Translations under genes and position numbers: made by a program
Part shown: positions 50,008-58,957 of the stretch, piece after piece
Numbering within the stretch: the stretch's first letter is position 1
How the letters are laid out: each line of letters opens with the position of its first letter
Notes under the pieces: generated by a model
Databases searched by the model: none
What the model was told of the DNA's origin: nothing
Seen by the model: only the letters and a program-made list of their open reading frames with translations
Assembly: GCA_963668025.2 (NCBI GenBank)
Contig: CAXXTH010000010.1
Span: 704,001 to 768,000, forward strand
From: Candidatus Hydrogenedentota bacterium
GTDB taxonomy: Bacteria > Hydrogenedentota > Hydrogenedentia > Hydrogenedentales > SLHB01
Length of the DNA stretch: 64,000 nt
Reading direction: 5' to 3'

Positions 50008-50036
50008 TTGAGGCGTGATCCGCGCTTTGTTACAAT
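50008..50036 (+). promoter_or_regulatory. Putative sigma70 promoter of the thi operon
   Basis: TTGAGG-N17-TACAAT with extended -10 TG. Confidence 0.45.
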
Positions 50037-50067
50037 GGACGTTTACTTTGGAAAGGAATTCCGCGCC

Positions 50068-50859
50068 ATGGCGCTGAATATCGAGCAGCGAAGGCGGTAC
50101 GAACGCAATTTGCTCGTTCCCGGAATCGGAGAAGCGGGGCAGGAGCGCCTTGCGGCGGCGAAGGCGGCCGTCGTGGGGCTTGGCGGCCTCGGCAGCCCGG
50201 TATGCCAATATCTCGTATCGGCGGGTGTGGGCTGCATCGGGTTAATCGATGCGGATGTGGTCGAGTTGTCCAATCTGCAACGCCAAGTGCTGCACAACAC
50301 GCCGCGCCTGGGCCGCCTCAAGACGGATTCCGCCCGGGAAGGCCTTGAAGCGTTGAATCCCGAGGTGCGGCTCGAAACCATGCCGGCCCGCTTGGCTGCC
50401 GCGAACGCCAAGGAAATTCTTGATCCATATGATGTGGTCGTCGAGGCCACGGATAATTTTGGTACGAAGTTTTTAATTAATGACACCTGTGTGGCGTTGC
50501 GGAAGCCTTTCGCCACGGCGGGAATTCTGGCCCTGTCGGGCCAGGCGATGTTTGTCGTGCCGGGGCGGACGCCTTGCCTGCGTTGCGTCACGCCGGAAAT
50601 CCCGGAGGGCGTGCCCACGACATCGCAATGGGGTGTATTGGGTGCCGTGCCGGGAGTATTGGGCAGTGTGGAGGCCCTGGAAGTGATACGCTGGATTGTG
50701 GGTTTGTGGCGGCCACGTCCGGATTGCCGTGGCGCGCTACATACGCTTGACGGCGAAACCATGCGGCTGCGCACTATGTTGATCCCCATGCGGGCGGATT
50801 GCGCTTGCGGAATGAGCCGCAACCACGGATCCGGATTTATAGACCACGAAATACACTAA
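50068..50859 (+). CDS. thiF: ThiF/MoeB sulfur-carrier adenylyltransferase
   Basis: VGLGGLGSP, SNLQRQ, CLRC and terminal CxC; heads the thi cluster. Confidence 0.85.
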   Translation: MALNIEQRRRYERNLLVPGIGEAGQERLAAAKAAVVGLGGLGSPVCQYLVSAGVGCIGLIDADVVELSNLQRQVLHNTPRLGRLKTDSAREGLEALNPEVRLETMPARLAAANAKEILDPYDVVVEATDNFGTKFLINDTCVALRKPFATAGILALSGQAMFVVPGRTPCLRCVTPEIPEGVPTTSQWGVLGAVPGVLGSVEALEVIRWIVGLWRPRPDCRGALHTLDGETMRLRTMLIPMRADCACGMSRNHGSGFIDHEIH

Positions 50860-51220
50860 ATACACTAAAATTTTGTAGGGTGGGGCTTGCCCCACCGCTC
50901 TGCAAAGCAGATGTAATATATAGGATTGCAGAAAAAATCATGCAAGATGCCTGATTTTTTGGAGATAGTAATACGAATAAACGCCGGATGTGGTTTTCTT
51001 GTACCATTTTAGCCAAGTGGTGAAAAATGACCGGTGAGGGCGCCAGTCCCACACATTGCATAGTAGGAAAAAGCGTGGGACCGCCCCCGGCGCTCGTCAC
51101 TTGGAATATGGCGTATCTTTACCGTTGTGTTCTTGTATAGGCGCATCCCTTGAACGGTGGGGCCAGCCTACAAGATTTGGTTTGTTTCGTGGTCTATAAA
51201 TCCGGACCTTTGGTTGCGGC
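50816..51220. repeat. 405-bp MITE-like element with 36-bp terminal inverted repeats and nested GTAG REPs
   Basis: GCCGCAACCA-N4-TCCGGATTTATAGACCACGAAA and its reverse complement at 51185-51220. Confidence 0.8.
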
Positions 51221-51277
51221 TACGCTGCGCTAAGCAAATTAGCGCCGATTCGAGGTGGAATCTGAAAGGAGCCATAC

Positions 51278-52060
51278 ATGTTGGCTGATGCATTGGTAAT
51301 AGCCGGGCGCACGATGCGCTCGCGCTTGTTTGTGGGAACGGGTAAATTCCCGTCGCCCCAGGCGTTGCGGGAAACGCTCGATGCCTCGGATGCCGAGATG
51401 GTCACGGTGGCGCTGCGCCGGGCCGATCTGTCGAAACCGAATGAGGACAGTATTTTATCGGTGCTTGATCCCCAGCGCCACCTCATCATTCCGAACACAT
51501 CGGGCGCGCGGAATGCGGCGGAAGCCGTACGCTTGGCGAAGATGGCGCGCGCGGCGGGCCTGGAGCGGTGGATCAAGCTCGAATTGACGCCGGAGCCAAA
51601 ATATCTGCTGCCGGATCCCATCGAAACCTTGAAAGCCGCCGAGGAATTGGTGAAGGATGGTTTCATCGTGTTGCCGTATATCCAGGCCGATCCCGTTTTG
51701 GCGAAACGCCTCGAGGAAATCGGTACGGCGGCGGTGATGCCCCTGGGCGCGCCTATTGGCAGCAACAAGGGCTTGCGCACGCGCGATATGCTCCGCATCA
51801 TCATCGAGCAGTCCAACGTGCCCGTGGTCGTGGATGCGGGATTAGGAGCGCCATCGCATGCCGCCGAAGCCATGGAGCTGGGCGCGGACGCCGTGCTGGT
51901 CAATACGGCGCTTGCCGACGCCACGGATCATCGGGCCATGGCCAAGGCGTTCGCCATGGCCACGGAAGCGGGCCGTTTGGCGTATCGCGCGGGCCTCGGG
52001 CCGGAACGGGATGTAGCGGAAGCTTCTTCGCCGCTCACAGGTTTCTTACAAGAGATGTAG
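51278..52060 (+). CDS. thiG: Thiazole synthase
   Basis: [33 protein letters not shown] and ASSP. Confidence 0.96.
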   Translation: MLADALVIAGRTMRSRLFVGTGKFPSPQALRETLDASDAEMVTVALRRADLSKPNEDSILSVLDPQRHLIIPNTSGARNAAEAVRLAKMARAAGLERWIKLELTPEPKYLLPDPIETLKAAEELVKDGFIVLPYIQADPVLAKRLEEIGTAAVMPLGAPIGSNKGLRTRDMLRIIIEQSNVPVVVDAGLGAPSHAAEAMELGADAVLVNTALADATDHRAMAKAFAMATEAGRLAYRAGLGPERDVAEASSPLTGFLQEM

Positions 52061-52172
52061 CGTGGATTGCCGGGTGAATCCCTTTGAAAAAAGATTTCAC
52101 CGGACTCCTTTCAGATGCTTTTAGTTCGCTTCGCGATGATGGCGAAGCATTATATCGCTAGAGGATTATTCC

Positions 52173-53291
52173 ATGAGTTACCAGGATGAATTAAATGTCT
52201 GGCCCGCGCAACGGGTTCGTGAAATGATAGACACTGCTACACCGGCGGATGTGGAACGTGCGCTGGCGCGGGAAGAACGTACGCCACAAGATTTGGCGGC
52301 GCTCCTGTCCGAACATGCGGATCGCTATTTGGAGGACATCGCACGCGAGGCGAACCGGCTGACGCGCTGGCATTTCGGCCGCACCATCAGCCTGTATGCG
52401 CCTATTTATATCTCGAATGTCTGCGGCGCGGATTGCGTCTATTGCGGATATGCCGCACGTTCGGGCAATAAAGAACGGCGCTTGACGCTGACCGAAGAGG
52501 AATTGCGGGGGGAATGTGAAGCGCTTGCCGCCGAGGGCTACCAAAGCGTGCTGCTTTTGACTGGGGAAGCCCCCCTCGTCGTAACGCCGTCGGATATAGC
52601 GGACGCCGTTGCGGTGAGCCGCGAATATTTTCCCTCCGTGGCGGTCGAGATCTATTCGCTTGATGAGAAAGACTATGCGCTTCTGGTCGAGCGCGGCCTG
52701 GATGGCGTGACGCTGTATATGGAAACTTACGACCGCGAGACCTATGCGCGGCTGCATTTGAGGGGCGCAAAGCGCAACTACGAATACCGCCTCGACGCCA
52801 GCGAACGCGCGGGCCGCGCGGGAGTGCGGCGGCTAGGGATTGGCGCGTTGCTGGGACTGTATGATTGGCAGGTGGATGGCTTCTGGACGGCAATGCATGG
52901 GCGCTATTTGCAAAAGGCGTGCTGGCAAAGCGCCGTGGCGATCTCGTTCCCCCGTTTGCGCCATACGCCCGAACGGTTTTCGATTCCCCACCTCGTGACG
53001 GATAAAGAGTTCGTGCGGCTGCTGCTGGCTTCGCGGTTGTTTTTGCCGGAAGCGGGATTCAACCTATCGACGCGTGAGCCTGCCGTATTGCGGGATAATC
53101 TCATTCCTCTCGGGCTCACCCATATGAGCGCCGGTTCATCCACGCGCCCCGGAGGATACGCCTCCCACGACGAAACCCTCGAACAGTTTGCGCTCGAGGA
53201 TACACGCAAGCCGCCCGAAGTGGTCGCGGCCATCCGGCGCGCCGGATATGACCCCGTGTGGAAAGATTTTGATTTCGCCTTTGATCGGTGA
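52173..53291 (+). CDS. thiH: 2-iminoacetate synthase (radical SAM)
   Basis: YAPIYISNVCGADCVYCGY, LLLTGE, ISFPRLR, STRE, SAGSSTRPGGY and PVWKD. Confidence 0.92.
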   Translation: MSYQDELNVWPAQRVREMIDTATPADVERALAREERTPQDLAALLSEHADRYLEDIAREANRLTRWHFGRTISLYAPIYISNVCGADCVYCGYAARSGNKERRLTLTEEELRGECEALAAEGYQSVLLLTGEAPLVVTPSDIADAVAVSREYFPSVAVEIYSLDEKDYALLVERGLDGVTLYMETYDRETYARLHLRGAKRNYEYRLDASERAGRAGVRRLGIGALLGLYDWQVDGFWTAMHGRYLQKACWQSAVAISFPRLRHTPERFSIPHLVTDKEFVRLLLASRLFLPEAGFNLSTREPAVLRDNLIPLGLTHMSAGSSTRPGGYASHDETLEQFALEDTRKPPEVVAAIRRAGYDPVWKDFDFAFDR

Positions 53292-53315
53292 GGAAGCCTT
53301 GGAGGAGCCGGACGC

Positions 53316-53933
53316 GTGGGATGGTATGCTTCACGCCTATTTCCGTGGGCGGTGGATTGGACGATGCAAAAGCCGCAGGTCGCGGAACTCCGCCGCCAAC
53401 TGCTTGCGGAAGCGAAAGGCGTGGTGTGTGAGATCGGCTTTGGCACTGGATTGAATCTGCCGTTCTACCCCGAGAGCGTGGAGCGGCTTGTGGCCATCGA
53501 GCCCAATCCTGGCATGGCCCGCCGCGCGGGCAAGCGGATCGCAAGCTCGCACATGCCGGTGGAGATGCATGCCGCCGCTGGTGAGCACATACCGCTGGCC
53601 GATGCGTCATGCGATGGCGTCGTGAGTACCTATACGTTGTGCAGTATAGCGAAGCCGGAACAGGTGTTATCGGAGGTTCGGCGCGTGCTTCGACCCGGCG
53701 GGCGGTTCTTTATGCTCGAACATGGGCTTCATCCGGATCCTGCGATTCAGCGCTGGCAGCATCGCCTGAATCCCTTGCAGCGAATAATTGGGAATGGATG
53801 CCATTTGAACCGCGACATGAAGAAGCTCGTCGAAGACAATGGATTCCGTTTTTCTTTTATGGAGCAATCTCAAATCAAGAAGACATCCTGCATCGCAGGA
53901 TATATGTACATGGGAATCGCCCATGTCGCGTAA
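53316..53933 (+). CDS. Class I SAM methyltransferase (METTL7-like)
   Basis: EIGFGTGLN, TLCSI, RVLRPGG..LEHG and GCHLNR. Confidence 0.85.
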   Translation: MGWYASRLFPWAVDWTMQKPQVAELRRQLLAEAKGVVCEIGFGTGLNLPFYPESVERLVAIEPNPGMARRAGKRIASSHMPVEMHAAAGEHIPLADASCDGVVSTYTLCSIAKPEQVLSEVRRVLRPGGRFFMLEHGLHPDPAIQRWQHRLNPLQRIIGNGCHLNRDMKKLVEDNGFRFSFMEQSQIKKTSCIAGYMYMGIAHVA

Positions 53934-53954
53934 TTGAATAAAGGGGATGGAACG

Positions 53955-54155
53955 ATGCATGTGACTATAAATGGAGAGTCCCACGAGGTGGCCGAAGGCC
54001 TTACCGTGTCGGCGCTTCTGAAAGAATTGGCTCTCGAACCCGCCGCGACGGTCGTCGAGCGAAACGGCGATATTCTCGAACGTTCCATGTATGCCACGGC
54101 CGCAGTGGAAGCGGGCGATGTGTATGAGCTCGTACGTTTCGTGGGAGGCGGCTGA
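53955..54155 (+). CDS. thiS: Sulfur carrier protein ThiS
   Basis: 66 aa, ING..., terminal FVGGG. Confidence 0.93.
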   Translation: MHVTINGESHEVAEGLTVSALLKELALEPAATVVERNGDILERSMYATAAVEAGDVYELVRFVGGG

Positions 54156-54805
54156 TGAACCACCAGGAACGCGCCGCCCGCTTCGAGCAGGCGGATTTAT
54201 ATGTCGTAATCACGGAATCGTTTTGCAAAGGCCGTCCGGCGTTGGATGTCCTTGATGCAGTGTTGGAGGCAGGCGTCCGGCTGGTGCAGTTCCGTGAGAA
54301 GGATCTTGATGACCACACGCTCTACGCACGTGCGGCGGCGTTCCGCGCACATACCGCCCAAGCAGGCGCGCTGCTGATCGTGGATGACCGGGTGGATATT
54401 GCCCTGGCAGTGGGCGCGGATGGCGTTCATCTGGGGCAATCCGATCTGCCTATTGACGCCGCCCGCCGCATCGCACCCGATTTGCTCATCGGCGCATCGT
54501 CGCACAATCTCGAAGAGGCCCTGGCCGCGCAAGAGGCGGGCGCGAGCTATGTGAACATCGGCCCCATCTACTCCACGCAAACCAAGTCCGTTCCCACGGG
54601 CGCTGTCGGACCGGGGCTTATTGGCCAAATCACGCCCCATTTGCACATTCCATGGACGGTCATGGGCGGCATCAAGCTGCACAATATCCATGAAGTGGTC
54701 CAGTGCGGCGCACGGCGCGTGGCGGTTGTCACGGCAGTCACGGAGGCCGATGATGTGCGTGCGGCGGCGGCGGCCTTGCGGGGAAAGATACTCACGATTT
54801 CCTGA
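54155..54805 (+). CDS. thiE: Thiamine-phosphate synthase
   Basis: LYVVI, QFREK, DDRVDIA, GVHLGQSD and GPIYSTQTK. Confidence 0.93.
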   Translation: MNHQERAARFEQADLYVVITESFCKGRPALDVLDAVLEAGVRLVQFREKDLDDHTLYARAAAFRAHTAQAGALLIVDDRVDIALAVGADGVHLGQSDLPIDAARRIAPDLLIGASSHNLEEALAAQEAGASYVNIGPIYSTQTKSVPTGAVGPGLIGQITPHLHIPWTVMGGIKLHNIHEVVQCGARRVAVVTAVTEADDVRAAAAALRGKILTIS

Positions 54806-54810
54806 GGTAA

Positions 54811-55226
54811 AAACCGCGAATACATCGGTTCCCGTAGCATGGCCGTCCCGGCCATGCGAATAAGGCCTTTCATCTGATATTCCGTCCATGTGCCCATATT
54901 TCTGACATACATTACTAATCTGCATTACTATCTGGCAAAGCAATGGTTTCTTGCAAAGATTTTTCTGAGTATTGATTATATATAAATTGGTTATGCCCTT
55001 AACTATAATGCATATCCATTAGCGGTGGGGCAAGCCCCACCCTACTTCCCAACCACAAATAGACGCCAATCAACACCAATGTGAAGCAACATTCACGCTA
55101 TTCGATTTTTCTGGGCATCAGTGTCATCAGCGTACTCTGTGGAAAAGCAGAGCCGGTATTATTGGCGTTCATTCGCGTCCATTCGCGGTAAAAATCCGGC
55201 TTTTTTGGTTGCGGCTCTGTGTTGAG
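54811..55226. repeat. Composite nested palindromic repeat region
   Basis: CGTAG-REP (54833-54856), GTAG-REP (55024-55045), paired 10-nt periodic arms (55051-55080 / 55161-55189), TTTGGTTGCGGC end. Confidence 0.75.
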
Positions 55227-55277
55227 ATTCTGAAACACGACGGCCACATTTTTGAGGTCATTTTTCTTCCAGTGCCA

Positions 55278-55306
55278 TTGACAAGCTTTGCGAGCCGTGC
55301 TACACT
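55278..55306 (+). promoter_or_regulatory. Sigma70 promoter of the sugar ABC operon
   Basis: TTGACA-N17-TACACT with extended -10 TG. Confidence 0.65.
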
Positions 55307-55406
55307 TGCTAGGCCGATACACGTTAAGAGGGTCGATACTTTATGTGCCTTCCTCTAGCGAAGCGTAAACCTGGCGGCACATGCCACTCATAGTATAGGA
55401 GGCGAT

Positions 55407-56390
55407 ATGGCGGCACGGAAAAGACTCCTGATAGGGCTGGTTTTCGTATGTGTGGTGTTTCTTGGGGGCGCGGTGGGCTGCCAGAAGGCCAGTGAGAACG
55501 GCGCACCTTCCGCCACCGCCATACTCATGCAAGAAGACCAGTTTTTCCGTTTGTGTGAAATGGGCATCAAGACCGCCGCGCAACAGCAAGGCATTCAATT
55601 GTCGGTCATGAACAGCTTCGGTGCGGTGGACAAAGAAATGGATATCATTGACACCAGCATCGCACGGGGCGTTAAAGCTATTGTCATAGCGCCGATCAGC
55701 CCCGAATCCTCGGTGGCGTCCTTGCGGCGCGCCGCCGAAAAAGGCATTTCGATCATCGTGTATGACAATGACCTGAAGGCCGATTTTTGCAAGAGTGCGA
55801 TTCGCAGCGACCAGACCGGTTTGGGCAAGGCTACAGGCGAATACGCCCGCAAATTCATCGAGACCCAATTAGGCGGGCAAGCTAAGCTGGCGCTCATTGA
55901 ATACATGGCCCTGAGTTCTGAAACGAGCGGCATACGGACGTCGGGATTCAAGAGCCAGCTCGAAGGTTTGCCGGGCGTGCAGATTGTGGCGGAGCAGGAT
56001 GCCTGGCTGGCCCCGCAGGCCACGGATGTAGTGGAAAGCCTGCTGACGGCCCATCCCGAGATCAATGTCATCTGGGCGGCGAATGAAGGCGGCACGGTGG
56101 GCGCGGTGAAGGCCGTAATCAATACAGGCAATGCAGGCAAGGTGCATGTCTTTGGCACGGACATCAGCGAGCAGATCGCCGATATGCTGCTGGCCGGCGA
56201 TGGCGTCTTGAAAGCGGTCACCGGTCAAAAGGGATATGACATCGGCTTTAGCGCCATGAATGCCGCCGTGAAAGCATTGAAGGGTGAGCCGGTGGAACGC
56301 CATGTGGAGATGCCGGGCACCCTCTATACGCGCGATAATCCAGAATCGGTGCAAGCATACCGGCAGCAGTTACAGCAGTTGAGCCAGTGA
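55407..56390 (+). CDS. Sugar ABC transporter substrate-binding lipoprotein (RbsB-like)
   Basis: AVGC lipobox; LTAHPEI.VIWAANEGG and VFGTD. Confidence 0.88.
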   Translation: MAARKRLLIGLVFVCVVFLGGAVGCQKASENGAPSATAILMQEDQFFRLCEMGIKTAAQQQGIQLSVMNSFGAVDKEMDIIDTSIARGVKAIVIAPISPESSVASLRRAAEKGISIIVYDNDLKADFCKSAIRSDQTGLGKATGEYARKFIETQLGGQAKLALIEYMALSSETSGIRTSGFKSQLEGLPGVQIVAEQDAWLAPQATDVVESLLTAHPEINVIWAANEGGTVGAVKAVINTGNAGKVHVFGTDISEQIADMLLAGDGVLKAVTGQKGYDIGFSAMNAAVKALKGEPVERHVEMPGTLYTRDNPESVQAYRQQLQQLSQ

Positions 56391-56403
56391 AAGGCGGCGC
56401 GCT

Positions 56404-57936
56404 TTGGACCACATTGCACACAGCGGCCCTACGCTGGCCACGGCATGTATTCGGAAAGAATATCCGGGGGTGGCGGCCCTCAAAGATGTCTCCATCCAGT
56501 TCACCGCAGGCGAAGTCCATGCGTTGATCGGCAAGAATGGCGCGGGTAAAAGCACTCTCGTGAAGTTGCTGACGGGAGCGGAACAGCCCACCAGCGGCCG
56601 CATTTTGTTGCATGGACGGGAAGTGTCGCTGTCGTCGCCTCGAAGGGCGTTCGAATACGGCATGGCCGCCGTACACCAGGAAATGAGCCTCGTGCCCGAG
56701 CTCACGGTGGCGGAGAACATACTTTTAGGCCATGGCCCCCGGAAATGGCGGGGTATGCTGGTGGATTGGAAAACGCTGTTCGAGCAAGCCGCAGCCGTGC
56801 TCGATAAGATGCATGTCGAGATGGATGTGCGGAAAAAGGTCCGTCTTCTCGGCATGGCCGAACAGCAAGTCGTCGAGATTGCCAAGGCCATGGCGTGCAA
56901 TCCCAGCGTTTTATTCTTCGATGAGCCTACTTCCGCGTTGTCGCATGATGAAACCGAAAGCCTGTTCGCCCTGATCCGCCAGCTCGCCCAACAAGGCGCG
57001 ACTATCATTTACATTACTCATCGTCTGCAAGAACTCCAGCGTATTGTGGACCGGGTATCCGTGATCCGCGACGGCATGCTAGTGGGCGAATTTACCCGCG
57101 AACAGGCGGCGCCGGAGGCTATCGCCCATGCCATGTTCGGAGAGACTGTAGCGGCGGTGCGCCCTGTCACGGTCCGGCCCTCATCGGAAACCGCTCTCGA
57201 AGTGAATGGCTTGTCTTCCAAAGCTTCCAAACTCCACCGCATCCATTTCACCCTGCGCAAGGGGGAGATCCTGGGCATCGCCGGTTTGCTGGGCGCGGGG
57301 CGGACCGAGCTGCTCCGCTGCATCGCGGGGGCTGATCCCTATGATGCGGGCGAAGTGCGGATAGGCGGCAAGTGTATGCGCAACGCCACCCCCGCGCGGA
57401 TGAAACAGGCGGGCTTGGGCTTCATTCCGGAAGACCGCCAAGCGGAAGGCCTTGTCCCCGTGCTTTCCGTGGCGGAGAATATTTGCCTGGCCAGCCTGGA
57501 TACGGTGGCCCGCATGGGCGTGTTGAACCGCCGCCAGCAGCGCAGCCGCGTCGCGCAATCGATCCGGGAGCTGGCAATCACGGCTTCCACCCCGGAAACG
57601 CAGGTCTCCACATTGAGCGGCGGCAACCAACAAAAAGTGGTCGTAGCCAACCGTTTGAACACCCAGCCGCACATTCTACTTTTCGATGAACCCACGCGGG
57701 GAATTGATGTGCTCGCCAAGCAGCAGATTTTCCAGATCATGTGCAGCTTGAGCGAACAAGGAATCAGTTCATTATTTGTGTCGAGCGAGTTCGAGGAACT
57801 GCTTCAGGTGTGCCACCGCATCTTGATCATGCAGAACGGCGTGCTCACTGGCGAAGTATCGCCGGAAGGCCTCGGGCCTCAGGATTTGCTCGAAATGTGT
57901 ATGAAGCCCATACCTCAAAACGCTTTGGCGTCATAA
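56404..57936 (+). CDS. Sugar ABC transporter ATP-binding protein (RbsA-like, two NBDs)
   Basis: GKNGAGKST, DEPT, LSGGNQQK and DEPTRGID. Confidence 0.93.
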   Translation: MDHIAHSGPTLATACIRKEYPGVAALKDVSIQFTAGEVHALIGKNGAGKSTLVKLLTGAEQPTSGRILLHGREVSLSSPRRAFEYGMAAVHQEMSLVPELTVAENILLGHGPRKWRGMLVDWKTLFEQAAAVLDKMHVEMDVRKKVRLLGMAEQQVVEIAKAMACNPSVLFFDEPTSALSHDETESLFALIRQLAQQGATIIYITHRLQELQRIVDRVSVIRDGMLVGEFTREQAAPEAIAHAMFGETVAAVRPVTVRPSSETALEVNGLSSKASKLHRIHFTLRKGEILGIAGLLGAGRTELLRCIAGADPYDAGEVRIGGKCMRNATPARMKQAGLGFIPEDRQAEGLVPVLSVAENICLASLDTVARMGVLNRRQQRSRVAQSIRELAITASTPETQVSTLSGGNQQKVVVANRLNTQPHILLFDEPTRGIDVLAKQQIFQIMCSLSEQGISSLFVSSEFEELLQVCHRILIMQNGVLTGEVSPEGLGPQDLLEMCMKPIPQNALAS

Positions 57937-57961
57937 CCCGATTTGTAGGAGATTCCATCGC

Positions 57962-58957
57962 ATGCCCGTAACAAGTCCGCCGGACGGAGCCGTCCGCCCG
58001 AGCAAAGAAAACAGCGTTGCACTCCCGCGCATTCGCGCGTATGTGGCCGCCCATATGCTCGAGTGTACGCTGCTGGTGTTATGTATCGGATTGTCTATCT
58101 TCGCGCCTAATTTTTTGGGCGTTGAGAACGCGCTGAATGTGTTACGCGCGGTCTCGATGATGGGCCTGCTCGCATTTGGAATGACCATGGTGATCATCGC
58201 CGGGGAGATCGACCTCAGCGTGGCCTCGAACGTCGCGTTTTCGGGCTGCCTCATCGCATACCTTACCCGGCAAGGCTGGCCCATCCCCATCGGAATCCCC
58301 GTGACGTTGATTGTGGGGGGCTCCTTCGGCATCATCACCGGCATTGCCCGGGTGAAATGGGAGGTGCCCTCGTTTATCTCCACGCTGGCGCTTTACCTGT
58401 CGCTTAAAGGGCTTGCCTTGCTGGTCACGAACGGCTTTCCCATCGCCTCGTTTCCAGATTGGTTCCAATTTCTTGGCGGCGGCTACATCATGAAGATTCC
58501 CTTCCCGGCGTTGGTATTCGTGGCGGTGTTTGGAGCCGTCCATTTCATCCTAAACCACACCACATTCGGCCGTTCCGTCTATGCCGTAGGCGGCAATGCG
58601 GAAGCCGCGCGCCTCTCGGGGCTGAATGTGTCGCTGGTGCGGGTCATGATTTTCGTCATCGTGGGCATGTTGAGCGCCGCCAGCGGCATCATGCTGTCCT
58701 CGCGCATCATGTCAGGCAATCCCACCGTGGCCGTCGGCTGGGAACTGGACGCCATCGCGGCGGTGATTGTCGGCGGCACCAGTTTTTCCGGCGGCATCGG
58801 ACGCGTATGGGGCACGTTCGTGGGCGTGATTTTCATTGGGGTCATCATCAATGGCATGACCTTGCTCAACGTGCCGTCCGCACACCAGTTTGTCATGCGG
58901 GGGCTGCTGATTTTCGCCGCCGTATTAATTAACCGGATACAGGAGAGGAGAAGATGA
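57962..58957 (+). CDS. Sugar ABC transporter permease (RbsC-like)
   Basis: IDLSV, GGNAEAARLSG and ELDAIAAVIVGG. Confidence 0.93.
   Translation: MPVTSPPDGAVRPSKENSVALPRIRAYVAAHMLECTLLVLCIGLSIFAPNFLGVENALNVLRAVSMMGLLAFGMTMVIIAGEIDLSVASNVAFSGCLIAYLTRQGWPIPIGIPVTLIVGGSFGIITGIARVKWEVPSFISTLALYLSLKGLALLVTNGFPIASFPDWFQFLGGGYIMKIPFPALVFVAVFGAVHFILNHTTFGRSVYAVGGNAEAARLSGLNVSLVRVMIFVIVGMLSAASGIMLSSRIMSGNPTVAVGWELDAIAAVIVGGTSFSGGIGRVWGTFVGVIFIGVIINGMTLLNVPSAHQFVMRGLLIFAAVLINRIQERRR

Noticed and set aside
49423-50067. Long N-terminal extension of ThiF in the ORF track
   Set aside because: It is an open frame running through the IS; the credible start with RBS and promoter is at 50068
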